Assembly (NCBI GenBank): GCA_009923755.1
Contig: RFSW01000002.1
Coordinates: 1 to 54,082, forward strand
Direction: 5' to 3'
Source of the DNA: Betaproteobacteria bacterium
GTDB lineage: Bacteria > Pseudomonadota > Gammaproteobacteria > Burkholderiales > UBA3065
Length of the DNA: 54,082 bases
Position numbers and translations under genes: made by a program. Of this stretch, positions 12,018 to 20,637 are shown one piece after another; positions within the stretch are counted from its first letter, which is position 1; every line of letters starts with the position of its first letter. The notes beneath the pieces are model-generated. The model was not told the origin of the DNA and ran no database searches. It saw only the letters and a program-made list of their open reading frames with translations.

Positions 12018-12075
12018 GCCGCCGGCACGACTCGGACCGTACAATCGCAGAACCATGCGCAAGGGGTGAGGTCAC

Positions 12076-13869
12076 ATGCCCATGAACCCGCACGCCGCCA
12101 ACACCATGTCCCGCTCCCTGATTGTTATCCTTGCCGTCGCTGCGTTAGCCGGCTGCGCCGCCTCCGGCAAGCCGGTCCGCATGACTGCAGCCAGCGCTGC
12201 GCCCACTTCGGCCGACGCACCCCAGCCCGCCGCTCCGATGCCCGCCGCGCAGGCGCCGCGGAAGGCTGAATTGCCCGCGCAGGCCTTGACCCGCGACATC
12301 CTGTTCAAGCTGCTGGTCGGCGAGGTCGCTGGCCAGCGCGGCGAAGTCGGTCTCGCAGCAGAAGCCTACGGTGACCTTGCCAAGACCACACGCGACCCGC
12401 GCGTCGCCAAGCGCGCCACGGAAGCCGCGATGTATGCGCAGAACCCTGAGCTGGCGATCCGCTCCAGCCGCATCTGGATGGAAGCGGACCCGAGCGACGA
12501 AGCCGCCGCCCAGACCCACGCCTCGATTCTTGTCAGCGCTGGCGATTTTGAGGCGGCAGCACCGGTCCTGACGGCAGTGCTCGCCCGTCAGGGCCCGCGC
12601 ACCGGCCCGGCCCTTTTGCAGATCGGCAGCATGCTCAACCGCAGCGCCGATCGCGCGGCCGCCTTCGCCTTCGCACGCAGCATCGTGGCCCCCTACAGCG
12701 GCCTGCCGGAAGCCAACCTGATGTTGGCGCAAATGGCGTTCAACGCGGGCGAGCCGGACACGGCACTGCAACTCGGCGAAAAGGCCGTCAAGCTCAAAGG
12801 CGACTGGGAGCCGGCGCTCATGTTCGTGGCGCAGGTCAAGGCAAGCCGCGATCCGGCCGCCGCCGCGCGTTACCTGGCCGAAGCCAGCAAGCGCTTGCCG
12901 GGCTCCCGCAGTCTTGGCCTCGCACACGCCCGCGGGCTCGCGGGTAGCGGGCAGTACCCGGCGGCGCTGGTCGAGTTCAAGCGCCTCGCTGAGTTGTTCC
13001 CCAAAGATGGCGAGATCGGCGTGACGGTCGGCGCACTCGCCAGCCAAGCGGGCGATCACGCCACCGCCAACCAGTATCTGCGCATGGCGCTGGAGAGCGA
13101 TTACAACGAAAAAGACAATGTTCGCCTGATGTTGGGCCAGGTCGAAGCCGAGCGCGGCGACACCGATGCCGCCCTACGCTGGTTCGAAAGCGTCACGCCG
13201 GGCACTGCCGTCTACATGCCGGCCCAGGTCAGCATCGCCCGACTGGTGCTCAAGGCGTCCGGCATGGACGCCGCCCGCGAGCGACTCCGTGCTGTGCGCA
13301 CCGACTCTCCACTCGAACAGGTGCAACTTGTCCTCGCCGAGGCATCGCTGTTGCGAGATGCTGGCGACGATCGCGCAGCCTTCGACCTGCTTGACGCGGC
13401 GACGCGCGAATACGCTGGCATCGCCGACCTTTGGTACGACCACGGCATGGCAGCCGAGCGGCTGAACCTGCTCGATGTCGTCGAGACCAGCCTGCGCAAG
13501 GTGATCGAGCTCAAGCCCGACCATGCCCACGCCTACAACGCGCTCGGCTTCAGCCTCGCCGACCGCAACGTTCGGCTGCTCGAGGCTCGTGGCTACATCG
13601 AACAAGCGTTGCAGCTTGCGCCCGAAGATCCATACATCATCGACAGCCTCGGCTGGGTTCAGTACCGGCTCGGCGAGCATGAGGATGCCGAGAAGACCCT
13701 GCGCCGCGCCATGTCGATCAAGGATGACCCGGAAGTGGTCGCGCACCTGGCTGAAGTCCTCGCCACCCGCGGCAAGACCAGCGAGGCGCGTAACCTGTTG
13801 AACGGCAGCCTCAGCAAGAATCCCGGCAATAGCGCGCTGCAGGCTGCTCAGTCGCGCCTTCAGCCCTGA
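12076..13869 (+). CDS. tetratricopeptide-repeat lipoprotein (conserved gene upstream of lolB-ispE)
   Basis: 597-aa track ORF. ATG 12076 follows AAGGGGTGAGG. Lipoprotein signal ...MSRSLIVILAVAALAGC, then multiple TPR-like repeats. It has the usual betaproteobacterial position before lolB. Confidence 0.8.
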   Translation: MPMNPHAANTMSRSLIVILAVAALAGCAASGKPVRMTAASAAPTSADAPQPAAPMPAAQAPRKAELPAQALTRDILFKLLVGEVAGQRGEVGLAAEAYGDLAKTTRDPRVAKRATEAAMYAQNPELAIRSSRIWMEADPSDEAAAQTHASILVSAGDFEAAAPVLTAVLARQGPRTGPALLQIGSMLNRSADRAAAFAFARSIVAPYSGLPEANLMLAQMAFNAGEPDTALQLGEKAVKLKGDWEPALMFVAQVKASRDPAAAARYLAEASKRLPGSRSLGLAHARGLAGSGQYPAALVEFKRLAELFPKDGEIGVTVGALASQAGDHATANQYLRMALESDYNEKDNVRLMLGQVEAERGDTDAALRWFESVTPGTAVYMPAQVSIARLVLKASGMDAARERLRAVRTDSPLEQVQLVLAEASLLRDAGDDRAAFDLLDAATREYAGIADLWYDHGMAAERLNLLDVVETSLRKVIELKPDHAHAYNALGFSLADRNVRLLEARGYIEQALQLAPEDPYIIDSLGWVQYRLGEHEDAEKTLRRAMSIKDDPEVVAHLAEVLATRGKTSEARNLLNGSLSKNPGNSALQAAQSRLQP

Positions 13870-13907
13870 GCCCGCTCGCAGTACAAAGCCTCCGAGCCAG
13901 CTCGCTG

Positions 13908-14504
13908 TTGGCGGTGCTTTTCACGCTTGCGGCGTGCGCGAGCCTGCCACGGACGACGCCCTACGCGTCTGGTGAGACGGCGCCAGTGTTCAGCTTCAAC
14001 GGCCGGCTGATGGCCAACCAAGGCGAGCGCCGATTTAGTGCGAGCCTGCGCTGGTCGCAGGGCGAGGTCAGCCGCATCTTGCTCACCACCCCGCTCGGCC
14101 AGGCACTGGCCTCGATCGATGTCGATTCCGGCGGCGCCCGCCTGACCACCGCCGATGGGCGTCGCCATGCAGCCGGCAGTCTGTCGGACCTGGCGCGACG
14201 CGGACTCGGCCTAAGCCTGCCCTTGGAGCACCTACCCTGGTGGATGAGCGGGCGCGATGCACCCGGCGCGCCCGCCACGCCCGGCACCGATGGCTTTACC
14301 CAATACGGCTGGACAGTGCGCTATGGCACTCGCGACGCACGCGGTCGTCCACTGCGCATCGACGCCGAATGCCTTGCGGCATGCAGCAGCGGCCAGCTGC
14401 CCGGGACGCGTGCTGAGATGGACAAGACCGCCGATGCGCGGCCCGAGACCGACCCCGCAACGCTGCGCGTGCGCCTGATCATCGACCAATGGCTGGACCC
14501 CTGA
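13908..14504 (+). CDS. lolB: outer-membrane lipoprotein LolB
   Basis: 198-aa track ORF with a TTG start at 13908, the most upstream start available. Lipobox FTLAAC. Body FSFNGRLMANQGERRFSASLRWSQ...LPLEHLPWWMSGR. It lies between the TPR gene and ispE. Confidence 0.85.
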   Translation: MAVLFTLAACASLPRTTPYASGETAPVFSFNGRLMANQGERRFSASLRWSQGEVSRILLTTPLGQALASIDVDSGGARLTTADGRRHAAGSLSDLARRGLGLSLPLEHLPWWMSGRDAPGAPATPGTDGFTQYGWTVRYGTRDARGRPLRIDAECLAACSSGQLPGTRAEMDKTADARPETDPATLRVRLIIDQWLDP

Positions 14505-15391
14505 TCCTCGGCCCGAACAGCGTGCAGTTGCCGCCAGCCGTCCACGGCGTGACCGGCGAGCGGCACAGCCTGCCGGCGCCGGCCAAGCTCAACTTGTTTC
14601 TGCACGTGACCGGCCGTCGTGAGGACGGTTACCACGAGCTGCAGACGCTGTTCCGCCTGCTCGATTTCGGTGACACGGTTCATCTGACGGTGCGCGAAGA
14701 CGGTGCCATCGTGCGGGAAGACCCACTGCCGGGTGTCGATGCAGAGCAGGACCTGACAGTCCGCGCCGCACGCGCCTTGCAAGCGGCCAGCGCTTGTCGC
14801 CTTGGCGCCCACATCGAACTCAGCAAGCGCCTGCCCATGGGCGGCGGTCTCGGTGGTGGCAGCTCGGATGCCGCCACCGTGCTGCTCGGACTCAACCGGC
14901 TGTGGGGGCTGGATTGGCCGCGTGAACGTCTACTCGAACTGGCGCTACCGCTTGGTGCCGATGTGCCGGTGTTCGTGTTCGGCCGCAACGCATGGGCCGA
15001 AGGGGTTGGCGAGCGACTGCAGGCGGTCGACCTGCCACCGGCCTGGTACGTGGTCCTGACCCCACCCCGCGGCGTGTCGACCGCGGCCGTTTTCGCCGCC
15101 CCAGAATTGACACGGAACCATGCGCCCATCACAATACGCGCCTTTTTCGAGGGGCAGGCAGGCAACGATCTGCAGGCCGTCGCCGCCGGTCTGGAACCGG
15201 ACGTCGCCGAGCACCTCGAATGGCTCTCGCAGTTTGGCAGGCCGCTGATGTCCGGTTCCGGTTCCAGCGTATTTGTCGAACTCGCCAGCGCCAGCGATGC
15301 CGAACGCGTGCTGCAACTCGCGCGCCCGCAACGCACCGGTTTTGTCGCGCAGGGGTTGGATCTCCATCCACTGCACGGCTGGGCTGCATAG
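14489..15391 (+). CDS. ispE: 4-(cytidine 5'-diphospho)-2-C-methyl-D-erythritol kinase
   Basis: 300-aa ORF. ATG 14489 overlaps the lolB end by 16 nt. Motifs PAPAKLNLFLHVTGRREDGYHELQTLF and the GHMP motif PMGGGLGGGSSDAA. Confidence 0.93.
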   Translation: MAGPLILGPNSVQLPPAVHGVTGERHSLPAPAKLNLFLHVTGRREDGYHELQTLFRLLDFGDTVHLTVREDGAIVREDPLPGVDAEQDLTVRAARALQAASACRLGAHIELSKRLPMGGGLGGGSSDAATVLLGLNRLWGLDWPRERLLELALPLGADVPVFVFGRNAWAEGVGERLQAVDLPPAWYVVLTPPRGVSTAAVFAAPELTRNHAPITIRAFFEGQAGNDLQAVAAGLEPDVAEHLEWLSQFGRPLMSGSGSSVFVELASASDAERVLQLARPQRTGFVAQGLDLHPLHGWAA

Positions 15392-15405
15392 CCCGATCCC
15401 GTCAC

Positions 15406-15480
15406 TGGGGAGTCGCCAAGTGGTAAGGCACCGGATTTTGATTCCGGCATTCGTAGGTTCGATCCCTACCTCCCCAGCCA
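15406..15480 (+). tRNA. tRNA-Gln (anticodon TTG)
   Basis: TGGGGAGTCGCCAAGTGGTAAGGCACCGGATTTTGATTCCGGCATTCGTAGGTTCGATCCCTACCTCCCCAGCCA. Acceptor stem TGGGGAG/CTCCCCA, anticodon stem CCGGA/TCCGG with loop UUUUGAU, encoded CCA. Confidence 0.93.
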
Positions 15481-15528
15481 GTCCTCTCATGGCACCCCGG
15501 TGCCCAAGACGTTGCGGAGAACGCCCGA

Positions 15529-16479
15529 TTGTCGCTTGAATCCTTGATGGTGTTTGCCGGCAATGCCAACCCCCTGCTGGCCACGGCGGTCGCCGAAGAC
15601 CTTGGCATCTCGCTCGGGCGTGCCCAAGTCGGTCGCTTCTCCGATGGCGAGGTCATGGTCGAGGTTCTCGAAAATGTCCGCGGCAAGGACGTGTTCGTGC
15701 TGCAGTCCACCTGCGCGCCGACCAACGATAATCTGATGGAGCTGATGATCATGGTCGATGCGCTGCGACGCGCCTCGGCCGGCCGCATCACCGCCGCCAT
15801 CCCGTATTTTGGCTATGCCCGACAGGACCGCCGCCCGCGGTCCGCGCGGGTCGCCATCTCCGCGCGTCTGGTCGCCAATATGCTGTCGAGCGCTGGCGTC
15901 GACCGCGTGCTGACCATGGACCTGCACTCCGATCAGATCCAGGGCTTCTTCGACATCCCGGTCGACAACATCTACGCCACACCGGTGCTGCTCAAGCATC
16001 TGCAGATGCAGAACCACCCCGACCTGGTGGTGGTGTCTCCCGATGTCGGCGGCGTGGTGCGTGCCCGTGCCATCGCCAAGCAACTGTGCTGCGACCTCGC
16101 CATCATCGACAAGCGCCGTCCGCGCCCGAACGTTGCTGAGGTGATGCACATCATCGGCGAGATCGAGGGTCGTACCTGCGTGATCATGGACGACATGGTC
16201 GACACCGCGAACACCCTGTGCCAAGCCGCAGCTGCATTGAAGGAGCGTGGTGCCGCTACCGTGCTGGCATACGCCACACACCCGGTGCTGTCCGGCCCGG
16301 CGGTCGAGCGCATCAGTCGCTCTCACCTTGACCAGCTGGTGGTCACCGACACCGTTCCGCTGTCGCCGGCCGCCGAGGCCTGCGGACGCATCCTGCAGCT
16401 GTCCTGTGCGGAACTGTTGGCCGAGACCATCCGCCGCATCAGCAACGAAGATTCCGTCAGCTCGCTGTTCGCCGAATAG
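15529..16479 (+). CDS. prs: ribose-phosphate diphosphokinase
   Basis: 316-aa track ORF. The TTG start at 15529 lies 10 nt after GGAG. An alternative ATG at 15547 gives MVFAGNANP. Motifs [17 protein letters not shown] and [12 protein letters not shown]. Confidence 0.94.
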   Translation: MSLESLMVFAGNANPLLATAVAEDLGISLGRAQVGRFSDGEVMVEVLENVRGKDVFVLQSTCAPTNDNLMELMIMVDALRRASAGRITAAIPYFGYARQDRRPRSARVAISARLVANMLSSAGVDRVLTMDLHSDQIQGFFDIPVDNIYATPVLLKHLQMQNHPDLVVVSPDVGGVVRARAIAKQLCCDLAIIDKRRPRPNVAEVMHIIGEIEGRTCVIMDDMVDTANTLCQAAAALKERGAATVLAYATHPVLSGPAVERISRSHLDQLVVTDTVPLSPAAEACGRILQLSCAELLAETIRRISNEDSVSSLFAE

Positions 16480-16581
16480 CGCGTTGCAGACCCGCCCGCA
16501 AGGGCACAAGCACCCGGCTGGTCGCGGTCGGGATCCCTCGCAGTAACCACAGCAGTCATCGTTGTACTCACGGAGATTCAA

Positions 16582-17202
16582 ATGAGCATCGAATTCATCG
16601 CATTCAACCGCACCACGCAGGGCACCGGAGCGAGCCGCCGCCTGCGTCGTACGGGCAAAGTGCCGGGCATCGTCTATGGCGGACACAAGGACGCCATTGC
16701 AATCGAGCTCGACCACAACGCCCTCTACTACGCGCTTCAAGAAGAGGCTTTCCACGCCTCGGTGCTGACCATGTCGCTCGACGGCAAGAAGGAGCCGGTG
16801 CTGCTGCGCGACTATCAGATGCACCCGTTCAAGCAGCAAGTCGTGCACATCGACTTCCAGCGCGTGGCAGTGGGCGAAAAGATCCATATGAAGGTGCCGC
16901 TGCACTTCAGTGGCGAAGACGCCTGCCCCGGCGTCAAGCTGCAGGGCGGCAAGGTCAGCCACGTCGTGCTCGAACTCGACGTCGCCTGCCTGCCGGAGGC
17001 CTTGCCCGAGTTCATCGCAGTCGATCTTAGCGGCTTGAGTGCCGGTGACTCGGTCCACCTGGCCGACCTCAAGCTGCCTGCAGGGGTCGAGAGCACTGCA
17101 CTGCGCCACGGTGACAACGCAGTGGTGGCGGTCTGCATGGCCCCGCGCGGTGGCAGCGCAGATGACGCCGCCGAAGAAGGTAGCGGCAGCGCAGCCGAGT
17201 AA
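16582..17202 (+). CDS. rplY: 50S ribosomal protein L25 / general stress protein Ctc
   Basis: 206 aa. ATG follows CGGAGA. Sequence [25 protein letters not shown]...[15 protein letters not shown]. Confidence 0.93.
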   Translation: MSIEFIAFNRTTQGTGASRRLRRTGKVPGIVYGGHKDAIAIELDHNALYYALQEEAFHASVLTMSLDGKKEPVLLRDYQMHPFKQQVVHIDFQRVAVGEKIHMKVPLHFSGEDACPGVKLQGGKVSHVVLELDVACLPEALPEFIAVDLSGLSAGDSVHLADLKLPAGVESTALRHGDNAVVAVCMAPRGGSADDAAEEGSGSAAE

Positions 17203-17222
17203 GCTGCGCATCGCCCCTAACG

Positions 17223-17253
17223 AAAAGCCCGTCGCGTACGGGCTTTTTGTTTG
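17223..17253 (+). terminator. rho-independent terminator after rplY
   Basis: AAAAGCCCGTcgcgtACGGGCTTTTTGTTT. A 10-bp stem is followed by a T run, 21 nt after the rplY stop. Confidence 0.8.
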
Positions 17254-17286
17254 AGGCAGCCAGGCACCGACCAGGACCATGCCACT

Positions 17287-17874
17287 GTGACGACCCCCAT
17301 CCGCCTTGTCGCCGGCCTCGGCAATCCAGGCCGCGACTACGCGGCCACCCGGCACAACGCCGGTTTCTGGTGGGTCGACCACCTGGCTGCCAAACTCGGT
17401 GGGCAGTGGTCGACCGAGGCCAAGTTCTTTGGCCAGGTGGCCAAGGCGCGCGGGCCTGAAGGCGAGCTCTGGCTGCTCAAGCCGGACACCTTCATGAACC
17501 GCAGCGGGCAAGCGGTGGGGGCGCTGGCGCGCTTCCACAAGATCGCGCCGGGCGAGGTACTGGTGGTCCACGACGAACTCGACCTGCCGCCCGGCACCGC
17601 ACGCCTGAAACTGGGCGGCGGCCACGGCGGCCACAACGGTCTCAAAGACATCGACGCGCAGCTCGGCCGTGACTACTGGCGGCTGCGGCTGGGCATCGGC
17701 CACCCCGGCGACCGTGAAAAGGTCACCGGCTTCGTGCTCGACCGGCCCAGCCGCGCCGAAGAAGACAGCATCGAGCTGGCCATGCGCCGCGCACTCGACG
17801 TGTGGCCCGACATGGCCCGCGGCGACTTCGAGAAGGCGATGATGCAACTGCACACCCAAAAGGAAACACCATGA
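17287..17874 (+). CDS. pth: peptidyl-tRNA hydrolase
   Basis: The track ORF starts at a TTG inside the terminator T tract, which is implausible. It is trimmed to GTG 17287, giving (M)[30 protein letters not shown]. The stop overlaps the ychF ATG (ATGA). Confidence 0.88.
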   Translation: MTTPIRLVAGLGNPGRDYAATRHNAGFWWVDHLAAKLGGQWSTEAKFFGQVAKARGPEGELWLLKPDTFMNRSGQAVGALARFHKIAPGEVLVVHDELDLPPGTARLKLGGGHGGHNGLKDIDAQLGRDYWRLRLGIGHPGDREKVTGFVLDRPSRAEEDSIELAMRRALDVWPDMARGDFEKAMMQLHTQKETP

Positions 17875-18962
17875 GCCTCCAATGCGGCATCGTCGGCCTG
17901 CCCAACGTCGGCAAGTCGACCCTGTTCAACGCCCTGACCAAAGCCGGCATCGCCGCCGAGAACTACCCGTTCTGCACCATCGAGCCGAACGTCGGCATCG
18001 TCGAGGTGCCGGACCCGCGTCTCGCGAAACTGGCGGATATCGTCAAGCCACAGAAGATCCAGCCGGCCATCGTCGAGTTCGTCGACATCGCCGGTCTGGT
18101 GGCGGGCGCCAGCAAGGGCGAGGGCCTGGGCAACCAGTTCCTCGCCAACATCCGCGAGACCGACGCCATCGTCAACGTGGTGCGCTGCTTCGATGACGCC
18201 AACGTGGTGCACGTCAACGGCCGCGTCGACCCGATCGCCGACATCGAGACCATCGTCACCGAGCTGGCGCTGGCCGACCTGGCGAGTGTGGAGAAGGCCA
18301 TCATCCGCGATGGCAAGAAGGCCAAGAGCGGGGACAAAGAGGCGCAGAAGCTGGTCGCGGTGCTGGAGAAGCTGCAGCCGCACCTCAACGAGGGCCGCCC
18401 GGCACGCACGCTGACGCTGTCCGATGACGAGAAGGTGCTGGCCAAGCCGCTGTGCCTGCTCACCATCAAGCCGGCCATGTACGTGGCCAACGTCGACGAG
18501 TCAGGCTTCGACAACAACCCTCTGCTCGACCGCCTGCGCGAACACGCAGCCCAGGAGGGCGCACCCGTGGTGGCCCTGTGCGCCAAGCTGGAGGCGGAAC
18601 TGGCCGACCTCGACGACGAGGACAAGCTGGCCTTCCTGGCCGACCTGGGCCTGGAAGAGCCGGGCCTCGACCGCCTGATCAGGGCCGGCTACGACCTGCT
18701 TGGACTGCAGACCTACTTCACCGCCGGCGTCAAAGAGGTGCGGGCGTGGACCATCCAAAAGGGCGACACCGCGCCGCAGGCCGCGGGTGTGATCCACACC
18801 GACTTCGAGAAGGGCTTCATCCGCGCGCAGACCATCGGCTTTGACGACTTTGTAGGCCATGGTGGCGAGCAGGGCGCCAAGGAAGCCGGCAAGATGCGCG
18901 CTGAAGGTAAGGACTACGTGGTCAAGGACGGCGACGTGATGAACTTCCTGTTCAACGTTTAG
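17871..18962 (+). CDS. ychF: redox-regulated ATPase YchF
   Basis: Track ORF trimmed to ATG 17871 ([23 protein letters not shown]...). C-terminal TGS-like end [12 protein letters not shown]. Confidence 0.95.
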   Translation: MSLQCGIVGLPNVGKSTLFNALTKAGIAAENYPFCTIEPNVGIVEVPDPRLAKLADIVKPQKIQPAIVEFVDIAGLVAGASKGEGLGNQFLANIRETDAIVNVVRCFDDANVVHVNGRVDPIADIETIVTELALADLASVEKAIIRDGKKAKSGDKEAQKLVAVLEKLQPHLNEGRPARTLTLSDDEKVLAKPLCLLTIKPAMYVANVDESGFDNNPLLDRLREHAAQEGAPVVALCAKLEAELADLDDEDKLAFLADLGLEEPGLDRLIRAGYDLLGLQTYFTAGVKEVRAWTIQKGDTAPQAAGVIHTDFEKGFIRAQTIGFDDFVGHGGEQGAKEAGKMRAEGKDYVVKDGDVMNFLFNV

Positions 18963-18987
18963 GAATAGGGGCCAGAAGGGAGGCAAG

Positions 18988-20625
18988 ATGACGCAGCATC
19001 GACCGATGAGCGGCGAAGAGAAGAAAGTCATCTTCGCCTCGGCTCTGGGTACCGTCTTCGAGTGGTACGACTTCTACCTGTTCGGGGTGATGGCGCTGAT
19101 CATCGCTGACCAGTTCTTTGCCCCGCTCGACCCGTCGACCAAAACCATCTTCACCCTGCTCGCCTTCGCCGCCGGTTTCGCGGTGCGGCCATTCGGCGCC
19201 ATCGTCTTCGGCCGCCTGGGTGACCTGGTCGGGCGCAAGCACACCTTCCTCATCACCATTCTGCTAATGGGCGCGTCGACCTTTCTCGTCGGGCTGCTGC
19301 CGAGTTATCACAGCATCGGCATCGCCGCCCCGATCATCCTCATCACGCTGCGGCTGCTGCAGGGCCTGGCGCTGGGCGGGGAATACGGCGGTGCGGCGAC
19401 CTACGTCGCCGAACACGCGCCGGATGGCAAGCGCGGCTTTTACACCAGCTGGATCCAGACCACCGCCACCGGCGGGCTCATGCTCGCCCTGCTGGTGATC
19501 CTCGGCACCCGCACCTATCTGGGGGAAGATGCCTTCAAGGACTGGGGCTGGCGTGTGCCGTATCTCGTATCTGTCCTGCTCCTGCTGATCTCGCTGTGGA
19601 TCCGCCTGCAGCTGGCCGAATCACCGGTATTCCAGCGCATGAAAGCCGAGGGCAAGGGCTCGAAGAACCCGCTCAGCGAGTCCTTCGGCCAGTGGCGCAA
19701 CCTCAAAGTCGTCCTCATCGCGCTGTTCGGCGCCGCCGCCGGCCAAGGCGTGGTCTGGTACACGGGCCAGTTCTACGCACTGTTCTTCCTCGAGAAGATG
19801 GCCAAGGTGGACAGCCCGACCGCAAACATCATGGTCGCCACCGCGCTCATCCTGGCGACGCCGTTCTTTGTGTTCTTTGGCTGGCTCTCCGACAAGATCG
19901 GCCGCAAACCGATCATCCTCAGCGGCTGCCTGATTGCCGCACTCACCTACTTCCCCTTGTTCGGGGCGCTCATGCATGCGGCCAACCCGGCACTGGCTAA
20001 CGCGCAGACCAAGAGCCCGGTCACCGTCTACTCCGACCCCGCGCAGTGCTCGCTGCAGTTCAACCCCACCGGCACCGTCAAGTTCACCAGCAGTTGCGAT
20101 GTCGCCAAGGAGTTCCTCGCCAAGGGCGGCATCAGCTACCAGAACCAAGCGGCCGCATACGGGGCGGTGGCGGAGGTGAAGGTCGGCGAGACGGTGATCA
20201 AGGCCTTCGATGGCACGGCCGACAATGCCAAGGCCGAGGCCGATCGTTTCAAGGGCGAGATGAACGCCGCGCTCAAGGCCGCCGGGTATCCGGACAAAGC
20301 CGACCCGGCCGCCATGAACAAGCCTCTGATCATCGGCATCCTGTTCCTGATGGTGTTCTACGTGACGATGGTCTACGGACCGATCGCCGCGCTGCTGGTC
20401 GAGCTGTTCCCGGCGCGTATCCGCTACACCTCGATGAGCCTGCCGTACCACATCGGCAACGGCTGGTTCGGCGGCTTTCTGCCAGCCACGAGCTTTGCCA
20501 TCGTGGCCGCCACCGGCGACATCTACAACGGGCTCTGGTACCCGATCGTCGTCGCGCTGACGACCTTCGTGCTCGGCCTATGGCTGCTCAGGGATACCCG
20601 CGATGGCGGGGCCTACCACCACTGA
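18988..20625 (+). CDS. MFS transporter, metabolite:H+ symporter (MHS)-like, with a large periplasmic insert between TM9 and TM10
   Basis: 545 aa. ATG follows GAAGGGAGG. MHS signatures GTVFEWYDFYLFG, RPFGAIVFGRLGDLVGRK and LQGLALGGEYGGAATYVAEHAP. About 12 hydrophobic segments, plus a hydrophilic stretch at about aa 331-445. Confidence 0.85.
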   Translation: MTQHRPMSGEEKKVIFASALGTVFEWYDFYLFGVMALIIADQFFAPLDPSTKTIFTLLAFAAGFAVRPFGAIVFGRLGDLVGRKHTFLITILLMGASTFLVGLLPSYHSIGIAAPIILITLRLLQGLALGGEYGGAATYVAEHAPDGKRGFYTSWIQTTATGGLMLALLVILGTRTYLGEDAFKDWGWRVPYLVSVLLLLISLWIRLQLAESPVFQRMKAEGKGSKNPLSESFGQWRNLKVVLIALFGAAAGQGVVWYTGQFYALFFLEKMAKVDSPTANIMVATALILATPFFVFFGWLSDKIGRKPIILSGCLIAALTYFPLFGALMHAANPALANAQTKSPVTVYSDPAQCSLQFNPTGTVKFTSSCDVAKEFLAKGGISYQNQAAAYGAVAEVKVGETVIKAFDGTADNAKAEADRFKGEMNAALKAAGYPDKADPAAMNKPLIIGILFLMVFYVTMVYGPIAALLVELFPARIRYTSMSLPYHIGNGWFGGFLPATSFAIVAATGDIYNGLWYPIVVALTTFVLGLWLLRDTRDGGAYHH

Positions 20626-20637
20626 TCCGCATCCACC

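Noticed and set aside
11760-12069. Three small track ORFs (67, 88 and 66 aa) inside the tRNA-Val/TPR spacer.
   Set aside because: They mutually overlap, have no ribosome-binding sites and have no recognisable motifs or hydrophobic segments. The region is better explained as regulatory DNA (see the finding).
11756-12075. The idea that this spacer is the chromosomal replication origin. It shows a strand switch, DnaA-box-like motifs and lower GC.
   Set aside because: Only two near-consensus boxes are present, and there is no AT-rich 13-mer-like unwinding element. None of the neighbours are usual oriC markers (dnaA, dnaN, gidA, parAB). Gene orientation flips back to the minus strand at 20.6 kb. 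It is kept only as a DnaA-binding or regulatory hypothesis.
15487-17859. A 790-aa ORF on the minus strand, the longest uninterrupted shadow ORF in the window. It spans prs, rplY, pth, two spacers and a terminator.
   Set aside because: It is the in-register antisense frame of three genes that happen to share the same phase (their starts at 15547, 16582 and 17287 are all 1 mod 3). With G/C at nearly every third codon position, the antisense codons rarely begin with T, so stops are depleted. The product is Arg/Gly/Ala/His/Asp-rich low-complexity sequence with no ribosome-binding site and no motifs.
20626-20637. Very tight convergent gene ends without terminator hairpins: MFS/spoT (12 nt), gloB-like/yfhL (40931-40934, 4 nt) and rpoH/sco (48690-48696, 7 nt).
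   Set aside because: This is common in compact high-GC genomes, where termination is probably Rho-dependent or lies inside the opposing gene. No specific signal is visible.
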